A stretch of 64,000 bases of DNA from Candidatus Woesearchaeota archaeon (GTDB lineage Archaea; Nanobdellota; Nanobdellia; SCGC-AAA011-G17; PNOQ01), in NCBI GenBank assembly GCA_043812195.1, contig JBDRML010000029.1:48263-112262 (forward strand), in the 5' to 3' direction. Shown piece after piece: positions 40,825 to 49,294 of the stretch; the stretch's first letter is position 1; each line of letters opens with the position of its first letter. Below the pieces are notes generated by a model. The model had not been told where the DNA came from. It did no database searches and saw nothing but the letters and a program-made list of their open reading frames with translations. Made by a program: the position numbers and the translations under genes.

Positions 40825-41961
40825 TTAAATATACTTAGATTCCTTATAAATTTTTAAATGCCTGTTCATCTCTACATCAGAAGTTTTTTCTGGAAACATA
40901 ATCTCAAATTTTTTTACTATTTCTTTTCTAAGTTTATATGTATTAGCATGTTTCATATAAGCAAAAGAACCTTGTAAATTATCATAAATTTGGTTATAAT
41001 CTATTCTATTACTTAAATGTAACAAATAAAGTTTATTCAGTTTATTATAGATATTTTTTCTATTAAACTTCTTTAATAATTTGTAATAATAAAAAACTCT
41101 AAAACCAACAAAATTGATTGGGTCATTTAAGGAAATTATTTTAGATTTGTCAGGATGTAGCTCTATTTTCAATTCTTTTTTAAGAAAATTATCAATGTCT
41201 TCTTTCCATCTTATTAATTGTTGTTTAGAAGAATGCAATATTACAAAATCATCAACATAACGAATATAGTATTTTGCTTTTAATTTATGCTTAACAAACT
41301 TGTCTAATTCGTTTAAATAAATATTTGCAAAAAATTGAGAAGTTAGATTACCCAATGGCATACCTTTGTTTTTATTAATCCGGTTCGCTTTCCCTTTATA
41401 ATTGTCCAAAATCTTTTTGATAAGCCATATGGTTTTAGAACATTTAATTTTCTTCTTAATTATCTTCAATAAAATTTCTTGATCTATATCTTCAAAATAA
41501 TGCTTTATATCTGCTTTTAAACAATAGCCTTTAACTTGGTTATTATTGTACCATCCATTAATTTTTCCATTCCTTGATACTTTTCTTTTAAACTGATCAA
41601 ATCTTTCTAATGCTGCTATTGTTCCTTTGCCCTTTCTGTTGGCATAAGAATCAGAAATAAAAGTTCTATCAAAAATAGGTTCTATCACATTACATAAAGC
41701 ATGATGAATTATTCTATCTCTAAAATCTGACTTGCTTATTTTTCTTGTTTTAGGATCTCTTATTATAAAATTTTTCAATGGTTTTGGTTTGTAAGAATGC
41801 AGCAATAATTCAGTTCTTAATTCCAAAATATTTTCTTCTAAGTTTTTTTCAAATTTCTTTACATCACTTTTATTTGATTTGCCTTTTTTTGATTTTCTAA
41901 AAGCTAAATATAAATTCTCTTCTGAATTAATCTTTGAATACTGATCACTATATGATTTCAT
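40825..41961 (-). CDS. DGR reverse transcriptase (ATG 41961; the ORF-track extension to 42045 is the TR)
   Basis: PKTRKI...FRDRIIHHAL, SYANRKGKG, LKADIKHYF, GMPLGNLTSQFFANIYL, YIRYVDDF, FVGF. Confidence 0.93.
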   Translation of the reverse strand: MKSYSDQYSKINSEENLYLAFRKSKKGKSNKSDVKKFEKNLEENILELRTELLLHSYKPKPLKNFIIRDPKTRKISKSDFRDRIIHHALCNVIEPIFDRTFISDSYANRKGKGTIAALERFDQFKRKVSRNGKINGWYNNNQVKGYCLKADIKHYFEDIDQEILLKIIKKKIKCSKTIWLIKKILDNYKGKANRINKNKGMPLGNLTSQFFANIYLNELDKFVKHKLKAKYYIRYVDDFVILHSSKQQLIRWKEDIDNFLKKELKIELHPDKSKIISLNDPINFVGFRVFYYYKLLKKFNRKNIYNKLNKLYLLHLSNRIDYNQIYDNLQGSFAYMKHANTYKLRKEIVKKFEIMFPEKTSDVEMNRHLKIYKESKYI

Positions 41962-41987
41962 GAATATACCTGGTAAAGGGTAATAAG

Positions 41988-42075
41988 CTATTCGACCATT
42001 CAAGTTAGAGTTGTCTAAGTTGTTCCAGTTGGAGTTAAGATTCAAGTTCCTGTTAAGGTTCAGCCTGGAAAGGCC
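41988..42075 (-). repeat. DGR template repeat (TR), 88 nt, 11 AAY codons, 29 adenines
   Basis: GGCCTTTCCAGGCTGAACCTTAACAGGAAC...AATGGTCGAATAG aligns without gaps to two VRs, with all mismatches at TR adenines. Confidence 0.95.
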
Positions 42076-42193
42076 ACCACTTCATTATTCTCATGAGATA
42101 CTAAATGTTGCAGTTGAATTTTATGTATCAACAGACTTGTAGCCTAGCCCTTAAGACCAGGAATTAGAATAGACAAGTATTAATTTTTAAAGT

Positions 42194-42970
42194 TTATGTT
42201 TTTTCTGGCACGGTGGCTTCGCCACTTAAAATTACTACCCGACCAATCAAGCCAGAGTCGTCTAAGTCGTTCCAGCCGGAGCTAAGATCCAAGCCCCCGT
42301 CAAGGTACAGCCCGGAAAGGCCGTCTTTTCTTGTGTACCAAACTCTAGAACCATTACGTTCATCTAAATCAACTGGCAAACCTTTTTCATCAACAGTGTC
42401 AAATTTATATTCATTCCACTTTCCAGCCAGTCTATCATCATGAAGTATTGTAAAATCTTTGTTTGGAACAGCTAACAAACCATATCCTTCTCCAGACTCA
42501 TCCAATTTTAAATCAAAACCATACATTAAAGCAGGTTCTCTTTCCAATCTTGATAAATCAACGCCTTTTTGCTCTGCTAAAAATCTAACTAAAGGTTCGT
42601 TCTTTGGATATACTGAATCTGCAGTGCCTCTCAAAACCAAAGCTTGAGAATCAACATAATAACTTCCTTTTATCATTACAAGAACTTCAGGATTGATTAA
42701 ATCAGCAGGAAGAGCAGTTCTTGGATTTCCTTGAACTCTTCCATTTTTTAATAATTGATTTACTAAAACACTATCAAAGAAATTTGATCCAACTATAACT
42801 CCTTTTTCTTGACTTAATTTTAAATTAGGATTTCCTTGATAAGTTACAGCTTTTTCTCTTTGATAAGCTTCATAAACATCAGCTCCAAATCTTCCTTCTA
42901 AGAAAGCTGGAGATTTTACTAAATTATCTGGAACATTTCCAGTAACAACGTATCTTGATAAATCTGCCAT
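42194..42970 (-). CDS. DGR target protein 1
   Basis: Contains VR1 near the C-terminus; paralog of target 2 (SN.F..VL.N, ALVLR, DE.GLP, GSR..YTR..GLS). Confidence 0.9.
   Translation of the reverse strand: MADLSRYVVTGNVPDNLVKSPAFLEGRFGADVYEAYQREKAVTYQGNPNLKLSQEKGVIVGSNFFDSVLVNQLLKNGRVQGNPRTALPADLINPEVLVMIKGSYYVDSQALVLRGTADSVYPKNEPLVRFLAEQKGVDLSRLEREPALMYGFDLKLDESGEGYGLLAVPNKDFTILHDDRLAGKWNEYKFDTVDEKGLPVDLDERNGSRVWYTRKDGLSGLYLDGGLDLSSGWNDLDDSGLIGRVVILSGEATVPEKT
42213..42225 (-). promoter_or_regulatory. DGR target-recognition hairpin GTGGC-GAA-GCCAC
   Basis: 5-bp GC stem with a GNA triloop 9 nt downstream of VR1. Confidence 0.8.
42235..42322 (-). repeat. DGR variable repeat VR1
   Basis: 17 mismatches to the TR, all at A (15 to G, 2 to T). 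Confidence 0.95.
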
Positions 42971-42971
42971 T

Positions 42972-43835
42972 TTATTGTCCTAAACCTTCTATTCTTCTTT
43001 GAATATCTGCTCTTTCAGCTTCAAGAGCTTTGTATCTTACTGTATATTGTTCTGCTAATTTAGTTATTAAATCAGCTTTAAAATCGTCGCTGGCGACTGC
43101 GTCGCGAACAACAACTACCCGACCACCCAAGCTAGAGAAGTCAAAGTCGTCCCAGTTGGAGTAAAGATTCAAGTCCCAGTCAAGGCTCAGCCTGGAAAGG
43201 CCAGAATTTCTGGTATACAATGTTCTTGAACCATCTCCAATATTTCCAAAAATTGGTAATCCATTCTCATCAGTTTCAGAGAATCTCTTACTGTTGTTTT
43301 CTTTAGCTAATACTTTAGCATGAATCACTTCAGCATCTTCTTTTAATTTAAATGATAATCCATGTGGGTTATCTTGATCATTAACTAACTCTAAATCAGT
43401 CAAATTAACCATTGCCGGATATTGTATTCTTCCCCTTGCTTTCAATTGTTTTTGTAAATTTCCAGCAAGATAAGAATTAGGATCTTTCATATTTCTTAAA
43501 ACTAAAGCTATGTCTTCATACTGCCCTTTTAAAGGTAATGCATCAGTTCTTAAAATTTTTCCAAAATCAGCAGCTGTAGCTGTTCTAATTTGTTCTTGTT
43601 CTAAAACAGAATTCATCAAAACAACAGCAAAAGGATTGCTCCTCTTAACAACACCGTCTTGATAAATAAGAATACTTAAGGCTCTATTTCCTTGATAATC
43701 TGTTCGAACCCTACCTTGATATTCTTCTAAAGCTCTTTTTCCAAAATCTCTAGTTAAAAAATCAGCTTTAATATATTCTTTGGGAATTTCAATTATTGGT
43801 TTTCCTTCAAATTTTGGTAATATTTTTGTAGCCAT
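42972..43835 (-). CDS. DGR target protein 2 (VR followed by a coiled-coil tail)
   Basis: Contains VR2; paralog of target 1. Confidence 0.9.
   Translation of the reverse strand: MATKILPKFEGKPIIEIPKEYIKADFLTRDFGKRALEEYQGRVRTDYQGNRALSILIYQDGVVKRSNPFAVVLMNSVLEQEQIRTATAADFGKILRTDALPLKGQYEDIALVLRNMKDPNSYLAGNLQKQLKARGRIQYPAMVNLTDLELVNDQDNPHGLSFKLKEDAEVIHAKVLAKENNSKRFSETDENGLPIFGNIGDGSRTLYTRNSGLSRLSLDWDLNLYSNWDDFDFSSLGGRVVVVRDAVASDDFKADLITKLAEQYTVRYKALEAERADIQRRIEGLGQ
43093..43105 (-). promoter_or_regulatory. DGR target-recognition hairpin GCGAC-GCA-GTCGC
   Basis: 5-bp stem with a GNA triloop 9 nt downstream of VR2, same spacing as at VR1. Confidence 0.8.
43115..43202 (-). repeat. DGR variable repeat VR2
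   Basis: 15 mismatches to the TR, all at A (10 to G, 5 to T). Confidence 0.95.
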
Positions 43836-43906
43836 TTTATCTAAAAATAGTGAAATTAATATGTTTATAAAACTTTCGATTTTGTTACTATTTTAAAGTA
43901 AAAACT

Positions 43907-45391
43907 TTATATCCAAGATTTAATTTCTCTTAACTGTTTAATATCGTTTGTATATAGCTCTCTCAAATCTTTAATTCCGAAATAAGGGCAAGTAATTCTT
44001 CCTAATCCAAATCCCCATGCCAAAACAGGAATATCAATTCCAAATAAAGGTTTAACAACTTCAGGTCTAAAAATCCCTGCTCCACCAAGCTCAACCCATT
44101 TATCTCTCTCAGGTATATACGCATCTACTTCAACTCCAGGTTCTACATAAGCAAAGTATCCAGGTCTAAATCTAACTTTATCATATCCCATCTTCCCAAA
44201 AAACTCTTTCAAGTATCCTAATAAATGTTTAAAGTTAGCATTAGGATCTATCACAATACCCTCAGTTTGATTAAATTCAAATAAATGATTCCAATCTAAA
44301 GCCTCATTCCTATAATTTCTTCCAATAGCAAAAAACTTAGCAGGTAAATCAGATTTCTTTAATTCGGAAATAGTCTTAGCACTCAAAACAGTAGTATGTG
44401 TTCTCAAGACTAATTTCTTAGCTTCTTCTTCATCCCATTTATATTTCCAAACATTCTCATGCTCTCTCTTAACTTTATTAACTAATTCTTTACTAGGTAA
44501 TTTCGCTTTTCCTTTTACAAAAAAAGTATCCTGCATTTCTCTAACAGGATGATCTTGCGCAGTAAACAAAGAATCAAAATTCCAGAAACTACTATTAATT
44601 ATCGGACCAGTCATTTCCTTAAAACCCATATCCAACCAAATCTGTTTAGCATGCGACTTAGCTTCATTAACAAAATGTCTTTTTCCAGGATAAATTTTAG
44701 GAACTTCAACTTCTACATCATACTTTCTGAATTTCTTTCCAATCCAGCTTCCAGTTTTCAACATAGCACTAGTTAATATTTCTATACCACCAGCTTTTAA
44801 TTTAGAACTACTTAGTTTCTTACCTAAATTAGTCAACTCAACATTAATTAATTTTTTATCTTCAACTCTAATCATATCTCTTCTTTTTTTCAACTCATTA
44901 TACGCGTATTTCTGCCCATCATTCAAAGATTCTACTTCTAAAGGCAACTCTTTCATAAATTTCTCTTCAAAACTCTCTTTACTCAATATTTTTTTACCTT
45001 GATCACTAATAGAAATCTTTTTGCCAAAAATAATAGCCATTTTACTTCTCAATAATCCAACAGAAACATTAATCTCAGGAACGCTTAAATTAGCTTTTAC
45101 TCTAATCTCATCCAAACTTAAATTCTGTTTTTCAATAGTTTTCAGAAATTTTCTCTCAGGCAACCCATATTTTAAGTAATATTCACCATTCTTACCTAAA
45201 GAAATAATTTGCTTCTTAGTTTTAACAGTTTTAATTATATTCTTATTTTCCAACCACTGCAAAGCTCTTATAACCTCTACTTCTGACAGATTAGAATTCT
45301 TAACAATCTTATCAAAACCTTCTAATTTTAAATATGGTAATACCTTCCTTTCTAGAGGATGTAAGCTCTCAGCTAATCTTTCAATAGTCAT
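43907..45391 (-). CDS. pheS: phenylalanine--tRNA ligase alpha subunit
   Basis: WNFDSLF..QDHPVREMQDTF, LRTHTT, YRNEALDWNHLFEFNQTEG, GAGIFRPE, AWGFGLGR. Confidence 0.96.
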   Translation of the reverse strand: MTIERLAESLHPLERKVLPYLKLEGFDKIVKNSNLSEVEVIRALQWLENKNIIKTVKTKKQIISLGKNGEYYLKYGLPERKFLKTIEKQNLSLDEIRVKANLSVPEINVSVGLLRSKMAIIFGKKISISDQGKKILSKESFEEKFMKELPLEVESLNDGQKYAYNELKKRRDMIRVEDKKLINVELTNLGKKLSSSKLKAGGIEILTSAMLKTGSWIGKKFRKYDVEVEVPKIYPGKRHFVNEAKSHAKQIWLDMGFKEMTGPIINSSFWNFDSLFTAQDHPVREMQDTFFVKGKAKLPSKELVNKVKREHENVWKYKWDEEEAKKLVLRTHTTVLSAKTISELKKSDLPAKFFAIGRNYRNEALDWNHLFEFNQTEGIVIDPNANFKHLLGYLKEFFGKMGYDKVRFRPGYFAYVEPGVEVDAYIPERDKWVELGGAGIFRPEVVKPLFGIDIPVLAWGFGLGRITCPYFGIKDLRELYTNDIKQLREIKSWI

Positions 45392-45432
45392 AAAAATAAA
45401 AAGAAACAGAAGTATATAAAAATGTTGCTATC

Positions 45433-45642
45433 TTAATCAATAGCTTTAGCCTCAGAAAGAGCTTTTTTATTTAATATCTTACTAGCATTAAGTAATTCAA
45501 CGCCTATTAATTTATTATTTTTATCAAAATCAAGTATTATATTCTCATTAAGTTCTATTGTTTTTTTAGATTCTCCATCTTTTATAGAACTTTCTACATA
45601 AATATATGCAGCATCCACATCCTTATCATATTCAAATATCAT
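45433..45642 (-). CDS. DUF2283-like putative antitoxin
   Basis: YDKDVDAAYI...ILDFDKNNKLIGVELLNAS. Confidence 0.8.
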   Translation of the reverse strand: MIFEYDKDVDAAYIYVESSIKDGESKKTIELNENIILDFDKNNKLIGVELLNASKILNKKALSEAKAID

Positions 45643-45645
45643 ATT

Positions 45646-45855
45646 TTAAATAACAGTTATAACTTTTATATAACTTTCCTTTTTTATAAAAACCACTTTA
45701 AGTTTTCTGCCTTTTACTTCTCCATATGCCTCAAACATATTTTTAAGTGATTTTTTAACATAATCAGGAAATTCCAAAACATGTTCAACATCAAGTAGTG
45801 ATATACCCCTTTGTTTTAACCTTTTATTTGCATGTTCAGAATAAATTATGTTCAT
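45646..45855 (-). CDS. DUF4258-like putative toxin (RelE/BrnT-like)
   Basis: YSEHANKRLKQRGIS...LKVVF......VITV. Confidence 0.75.
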   Translation of the reverse strand: MNIIYSEHANKRLKQRGISLLDVEHVLEFPDYVKKSLKNMFEAYGEVKGRKLKVVFIKKESYIKVITVI

Positions 45856-45891
45856 AAAATTAAAAATAAATAAAGATATATAAAAATGTTG

Positions 45892-46191
45892 CTATCTTAA
45901 TGATCTGATAACATCACCTAATGTTATTGGAAATTCACTATGATTAATAAATCTGTATCCTTCATACAAAACAAGATGGTTATAACCCTCACCTACAGAT
46001 TTTTGGTTTAATCCTAAAATAGTACCACGGGCACCCATTAATAAACATAATTCCTTTAAATATACAAAAGTTTTATCATCACCGTGTATCTCTAGGCCCC
46101 TTTGCGCTTTTTCAACTAGATTTTGAACAACTTTTCTATATGTTGGCTCTGCTTTTGCTTCAACCATCTCTGCTCTTATTATTTTATTCAT
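45892..46191 (-). CDS. hypothetical protein
   Basis: ORF with SD GGAG in the minus-strand gene run. Confidence 0.55.
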   Translation of the reverse strand: MNKIIRAEMVEAKAEPTYRKVVQNLVEKAQRGLEIHGDDKTFVYLKELCLLMGARGTILGLNQKSVGEGYNHLVLYEGYRFINHSEFPITLGDVIRSLR

Positions 46192-46212
46192 TTTATTTTA
46201 CTCCTTATATTT

Positions 46213-46575
46213 TTATCTCCTTGTAAATCTAATAAATTCATTAGATAAGAGATTCCATTGAAAATCACTCATTCCAACAATTTGTATCTGTGATCCTTCA
46301 CGAGTATCTGTATAAATTATAGGACCCTCATTCATGTTTACTTCAAAGCGTCCAAAATAAAGTTCATTTTTTAAATGATTAACCAAATCATTTGGTATAC
46401 CTGTTTTTTTATGATTCTGTTCAGAAAATGCACCTTTTTCAGGAAAAAAAGTCATAATTTTTTCACCAGTTCTCAAACAAGCAGGATTTCTTAAAACAAT
46501 ATAGCCTTCTTCAGCAAAGCTTGGTGCTGTACATATTTTCAAATACGCACCCACTTCTGGATAAATTAGATTCAT
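46213..46575 (-). CDS. hypothetical protein
   Basis: ATGA overlap with the upstream gene. Confidence 0.55.
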   Translation of the reverse strand: MNLIYPEVGAYLKICTAPSFAEEGYIVLRNPACLRTGEKIMTFFPEKGAFSEQNHKKTGIPNDLVNHLKNELYFGRFEVNMNEGPIIYTDTREGSQIQIVGMSDFQWNLLSNEFIRFTRR

Positions 46576-47255
46576 TTTTCCTCAGTCTCCTGTACACCGA
46601 AAGCATAACCATTCTTGCCGTCGCCACGAACGTTGCAACTGATATAAAGCCTATGATCGATGTGCCAATAGGAAACCAAAGCCGAAACTCTTGTTTCTGG
46701 ATTATCAACAGACTCAAAACTCCCTAAATAAGGTTTGACTCTGTGTTTATCAGCAATCTCTCCAAGTTTTCCAGCTCCATCTTCTCCTGCTAATCCAATT
46801 ATAAATGGATTTCTAGCTAATTCAATAGGAGATTGGCTTCCTGTTTTAAAGCCAAAAGGAACATGTCTTACTGTAGGATCATTTGATTCTAATTTTCTAA
46901 CTAATTCAGATTCATCCATAAACGGCTTTTCGTCTCTTGTTTCAGGATTATCTTGAAAATAAGCTCCTTTTCCTGGAACATAGAAAATTCCTGTAAACCC
47001 AAATAACAAATGATCTTTCATGATTTTCTTAATTTCTTTATTATAATAATTATCATCTGAATTAAAAGCCCCGTAAACTAAAGAAGCTGTTTCTGCCATT
47101 GTTGGTCTTGCTAATCCATCTCTTTCTATTTCTGCGCCAATATTAGCATAGGTATTTGGTCCATATTTTGGATGCAAGAATACTAGCTCTTTATCTTTAT
47201 GAGGAACTATTAATTTAGTTCTTCCCCCTTCAACTTTTAAGCTATTTGTAGTCAT
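46572..47255 (-). CDS. hypothetical protein, DGR-target-like paralog of 37276-38046
   Basis: Paralogy plus a VR-like C-terminus RVSALVSYWHIDHRLYISCNVRGDGKNGYAFGV rich in NNY codons. Confidence 0.65.
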   Translation of the reverse strand: MTTNSLKVEGGRTKLIVPHKDKELVFLHPKYGPNTYANIGAEIERDGLARPTMAETASLVYGAFNSDDNYYNKEIKKIMKDHLLFGFTGIFYVPGKGAYFQDNPETRDEKPFMDESELVRKLESNDPTVRHVPFGFKTGSQSPIELARNPFIIGLAGEDGAGKLGEIADKHRVKPYLGSFESVDNPETRVSALVSYWHIDHRLYISCNVRGDGKNGYAFGVQETEEK

Positions 47256-47262
47256 TTTTTAA

Positions 47263-48012
47263 TTACTCCTCCATATACTTATCAAGATTTTTTTTAGACT
47301 TTTTCTTTCTATGCCAACCAATAATTGGACTAAATCTTGTATACCATGGACCAACACCCCTAAAATTAATTAATCCTATTTGTAAATAATTTCCTTCCTT
47401 AGCATAATTTATAGCTCCAATTTCAACCCCATTTATCTCATCTAAAACAATGCCAACTATTCCACCAGCATTAACACCATTAAGATGATAAGCTCCAGCA
47501 ACTAATCCAGCATTAACACCTTTAACATGATCAGCTCCAGCACCCAATCCACCAACATTAACACCTTTAACATGATAAGCTCCAGCAACTAATCCAGCAT
47601 TAACACCTTTAACATGATCAGCTCCAGCACCCAATCCACCAACATTAACACCTTTAACATGATCAGCTCCAGCACCCAATCCACCAGCATTAACACCTTT
47701 AACATGATCAGCTTCAGCATATATTCCACCAGCATTAACACCATTAACATGATCAGCTCCAGCAACTAATCCAGCAGCATTAACACCATTAACATAATCA
47801 GCTACAGCAACTCCTCCAGCAGCATTAACACCTTTAACATGATCAGTTCTAGCACATAATCCACCAGCATTAACACCATTAACATGATCAGCTTTAGCAT
47901 ATATTCCAGCAGCATTAACACCATTAACATACTCCACGTCAGATGTAAAACTTAATCCCAAACCATCAACTTCTTTTTTTTGTCCATTAAAGATTTCTAT
48001 CTTGAGTCCCAT
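47263..48012 (-). CDS. glycine-rich tandem-repeat (probable beta-solenoid) protein
   Basis: About 11 copies of a 14-15 aa DHVKGVNAGGLGAGA-type unit; GxQIG.IN-type C-terminus. Confidence 0.75.
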   Translation of the reverse strand: MGLKIEIFNGQKKEVDGLGLSFTSDVEYVNGVNAAGIYAKADHVNGVNAGGLCARTDHVKGVNAAGGVAVADYVNGVNAAGLVAGADHVNGVNAGGIYAEADHVKGVNAGGLGAGADHVKGVNVGGLGAGADHVKGVNAGLVAGAYHVKGVNVGGLGAGADHVKGVNAGLVAGAYHLNGVNAGGIVGIVLDEINGVEIGAINYAKEGNYLQIGLINFRGVGPWYTRFSPIIGWHRKKKSKKNLDKYMEE

Positions 48013-48013
48013 T

Positions 48014-48805
48014 TTAATTACTCCTCCAAATACTATTAAACATACTACCCATTGCGCTACTAAAATAATCTGAATTTATCCAAACACCAGTATCTGCTTT
48101 CTCATGAACATCATCTTTAGTCATCATAAACAATAACTCTGAATCGTCAACCAAAACAAATCTAGCATTCATTCCTTTAACATTCTTAACTTTAGCTACT
48201 TTACCAAGATTTTTAGCAATCCTAATTCCTTGTGCATCTAAAGGTGCTATCATTTTAATTTGAACACCTTTCTCAGATAATTTCTTAAATAAAAATTTAA
48301 AATTGTCCATTTTTCTTAAAAAACCATTTGTACTAGTAGCAATAACAATACTTTTCTTTGATTTTCTAAACATACTATCCATCTGATTATACAAGTTTTT
48401 TCTATTTTGAATCGCACCTGCAATTAACTGTGGATCTATATGTTCAACACCATTTTTAAACAATAAATTTAATTCACTATATACTTGATTATCACTAACT
48501 TTTTCAATTTCTCTTAAATGTGCATCAGCCTTAGCTTTTACATCTTTCTTTACTCTATTCAAAACTTCACTAGGCTCTATTGCAATATATTTAATAGGTT
48601 TACCTAATTTCATTACAATAAATCCTCTCTTCTCTAAAGATTCAAGAACATCATAACTTCTAGATCTTGGAACATTACCTATATCTGATAATTCTCCAGC
48701 TGTAGCAACACCCTTAGATAAAAGAGCCGTCCATATTTTAGCCTCATATTCATTAAGATCAAAAGATGATCTCAACCTTTTTAAAAATTGATTATCCATT
48801 ATCAT
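48014..48805 (-). CDS. TrmB family regulator (TrmBL2-like)
   Basis: FDLNEYEAKIWTALL..G.ATAGELSDIGNVPRSRSYDVLESLEKRGF. Confidence 0.88.
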   Translation of the reverse strand: MIMDNQFLKRLRSSFDLNEYEAKIWTALLSKGVATAGELSDIGNVPRSRSYDVLESLEKRGFIVMKLGKPIKYIAIEPSEVLNRVKKDVKAKADAHLREIEKVSDNQVYSELNLLFKNGVEHIDPQLIAGAIQNRKNLYNQMDSMFRKSKKSIVIATSTNGFLRKMDNFKFLFKKLSEKGVQIKMIAPLDAQGIRIAKNLGKVAKVKNVKGMNARFVLVDDSELLFMMTKDDVHEKADTGVWINSDYFSSAMGSMFNSIWRSN

Positions 48806-49233
48806 TTTGTATCTCCAACTTTTTCTCTTTTATCACCAATTCTTGTTTTATAGATTCTAGTAGGCTCACGCCATCTATAAAGACCACCAGAAGCCACATA
48901 TCTATTTAGTGCTACATCACCATTTTCCTTAGATGGTAAATTTTCAAAGTGTGTTTCTGTTTCTTCTACAGCTGCACTATTTATATCAGCTAGTCTAAGA
49001 TAAAGATTACTTCTATCAAGAGCCCCTTCCAAATCTTCCAAAACATTGATACCTCTAACTTCTCCCCAACTATGTATTGATGTGACTGTTCCTGCGCTCT
49101 TATTAGTTATAACATATTTACTTTCGCCAGGTCCAACATAAGCTAATTTTATAACAACAAACCCAAGTCTTTCAAGCTCTTCAATGTTTTCAAGGCATCT
49201 TTCACTTTCAAATATATTTTGTCCCGGTTTCAT
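48802..49233 (-). CDS. hypothetical protein
   Basis: First gene of the minus-strand run, preceded by the conserved promoter motif. Confidence 0.5.
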   Translation of the reverse strand: MKPGQNIFESERCLENIEELERLGFVVIKLAYVGPGESKYVITNKSAGTVTSIHSWGEVRGINVLEDLEGALDRSNLYLRLADINSAAVEETETHFENLPSKENGDVALNRYVASGGLYRWREPTRIYKTRIGDKREKVGDTK

Positions 49234-49294
49234 TTTTCTAAATTAGGCATACAATAAACCTTTATAAACCTTTCCATTTGTTGCCACTAACAAG

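Larger units (their letters stand above)
45413..45901. repeat. 25-bp perfect direct repeat (45413-45437 and 45877-45901) flanking a TA-like pair
   Basis: TATATAAAAATGTTGCTATCTTAAT at both positions. Confidence 0.8.

Noticed and set aside
40825-41961. Group II intron or retron interpretation of the RT
   Set aside because: The GNLTSQ motif, the short length without maturase/endonuclease domains, and the TR/VR pairs all indicate a DGR.
41962-42045. N-terminal extension of the RT (MNLNSNWNNLDNSN...)
   Set aside because: This is the AAC-rich template repeat read in frame; ATG 41961 is the likelier start.
47460-47930. Possible CRISPR array
   Set aside because: These are contiguous in-frame coding repeats with no spacers, and no cas genes are present.
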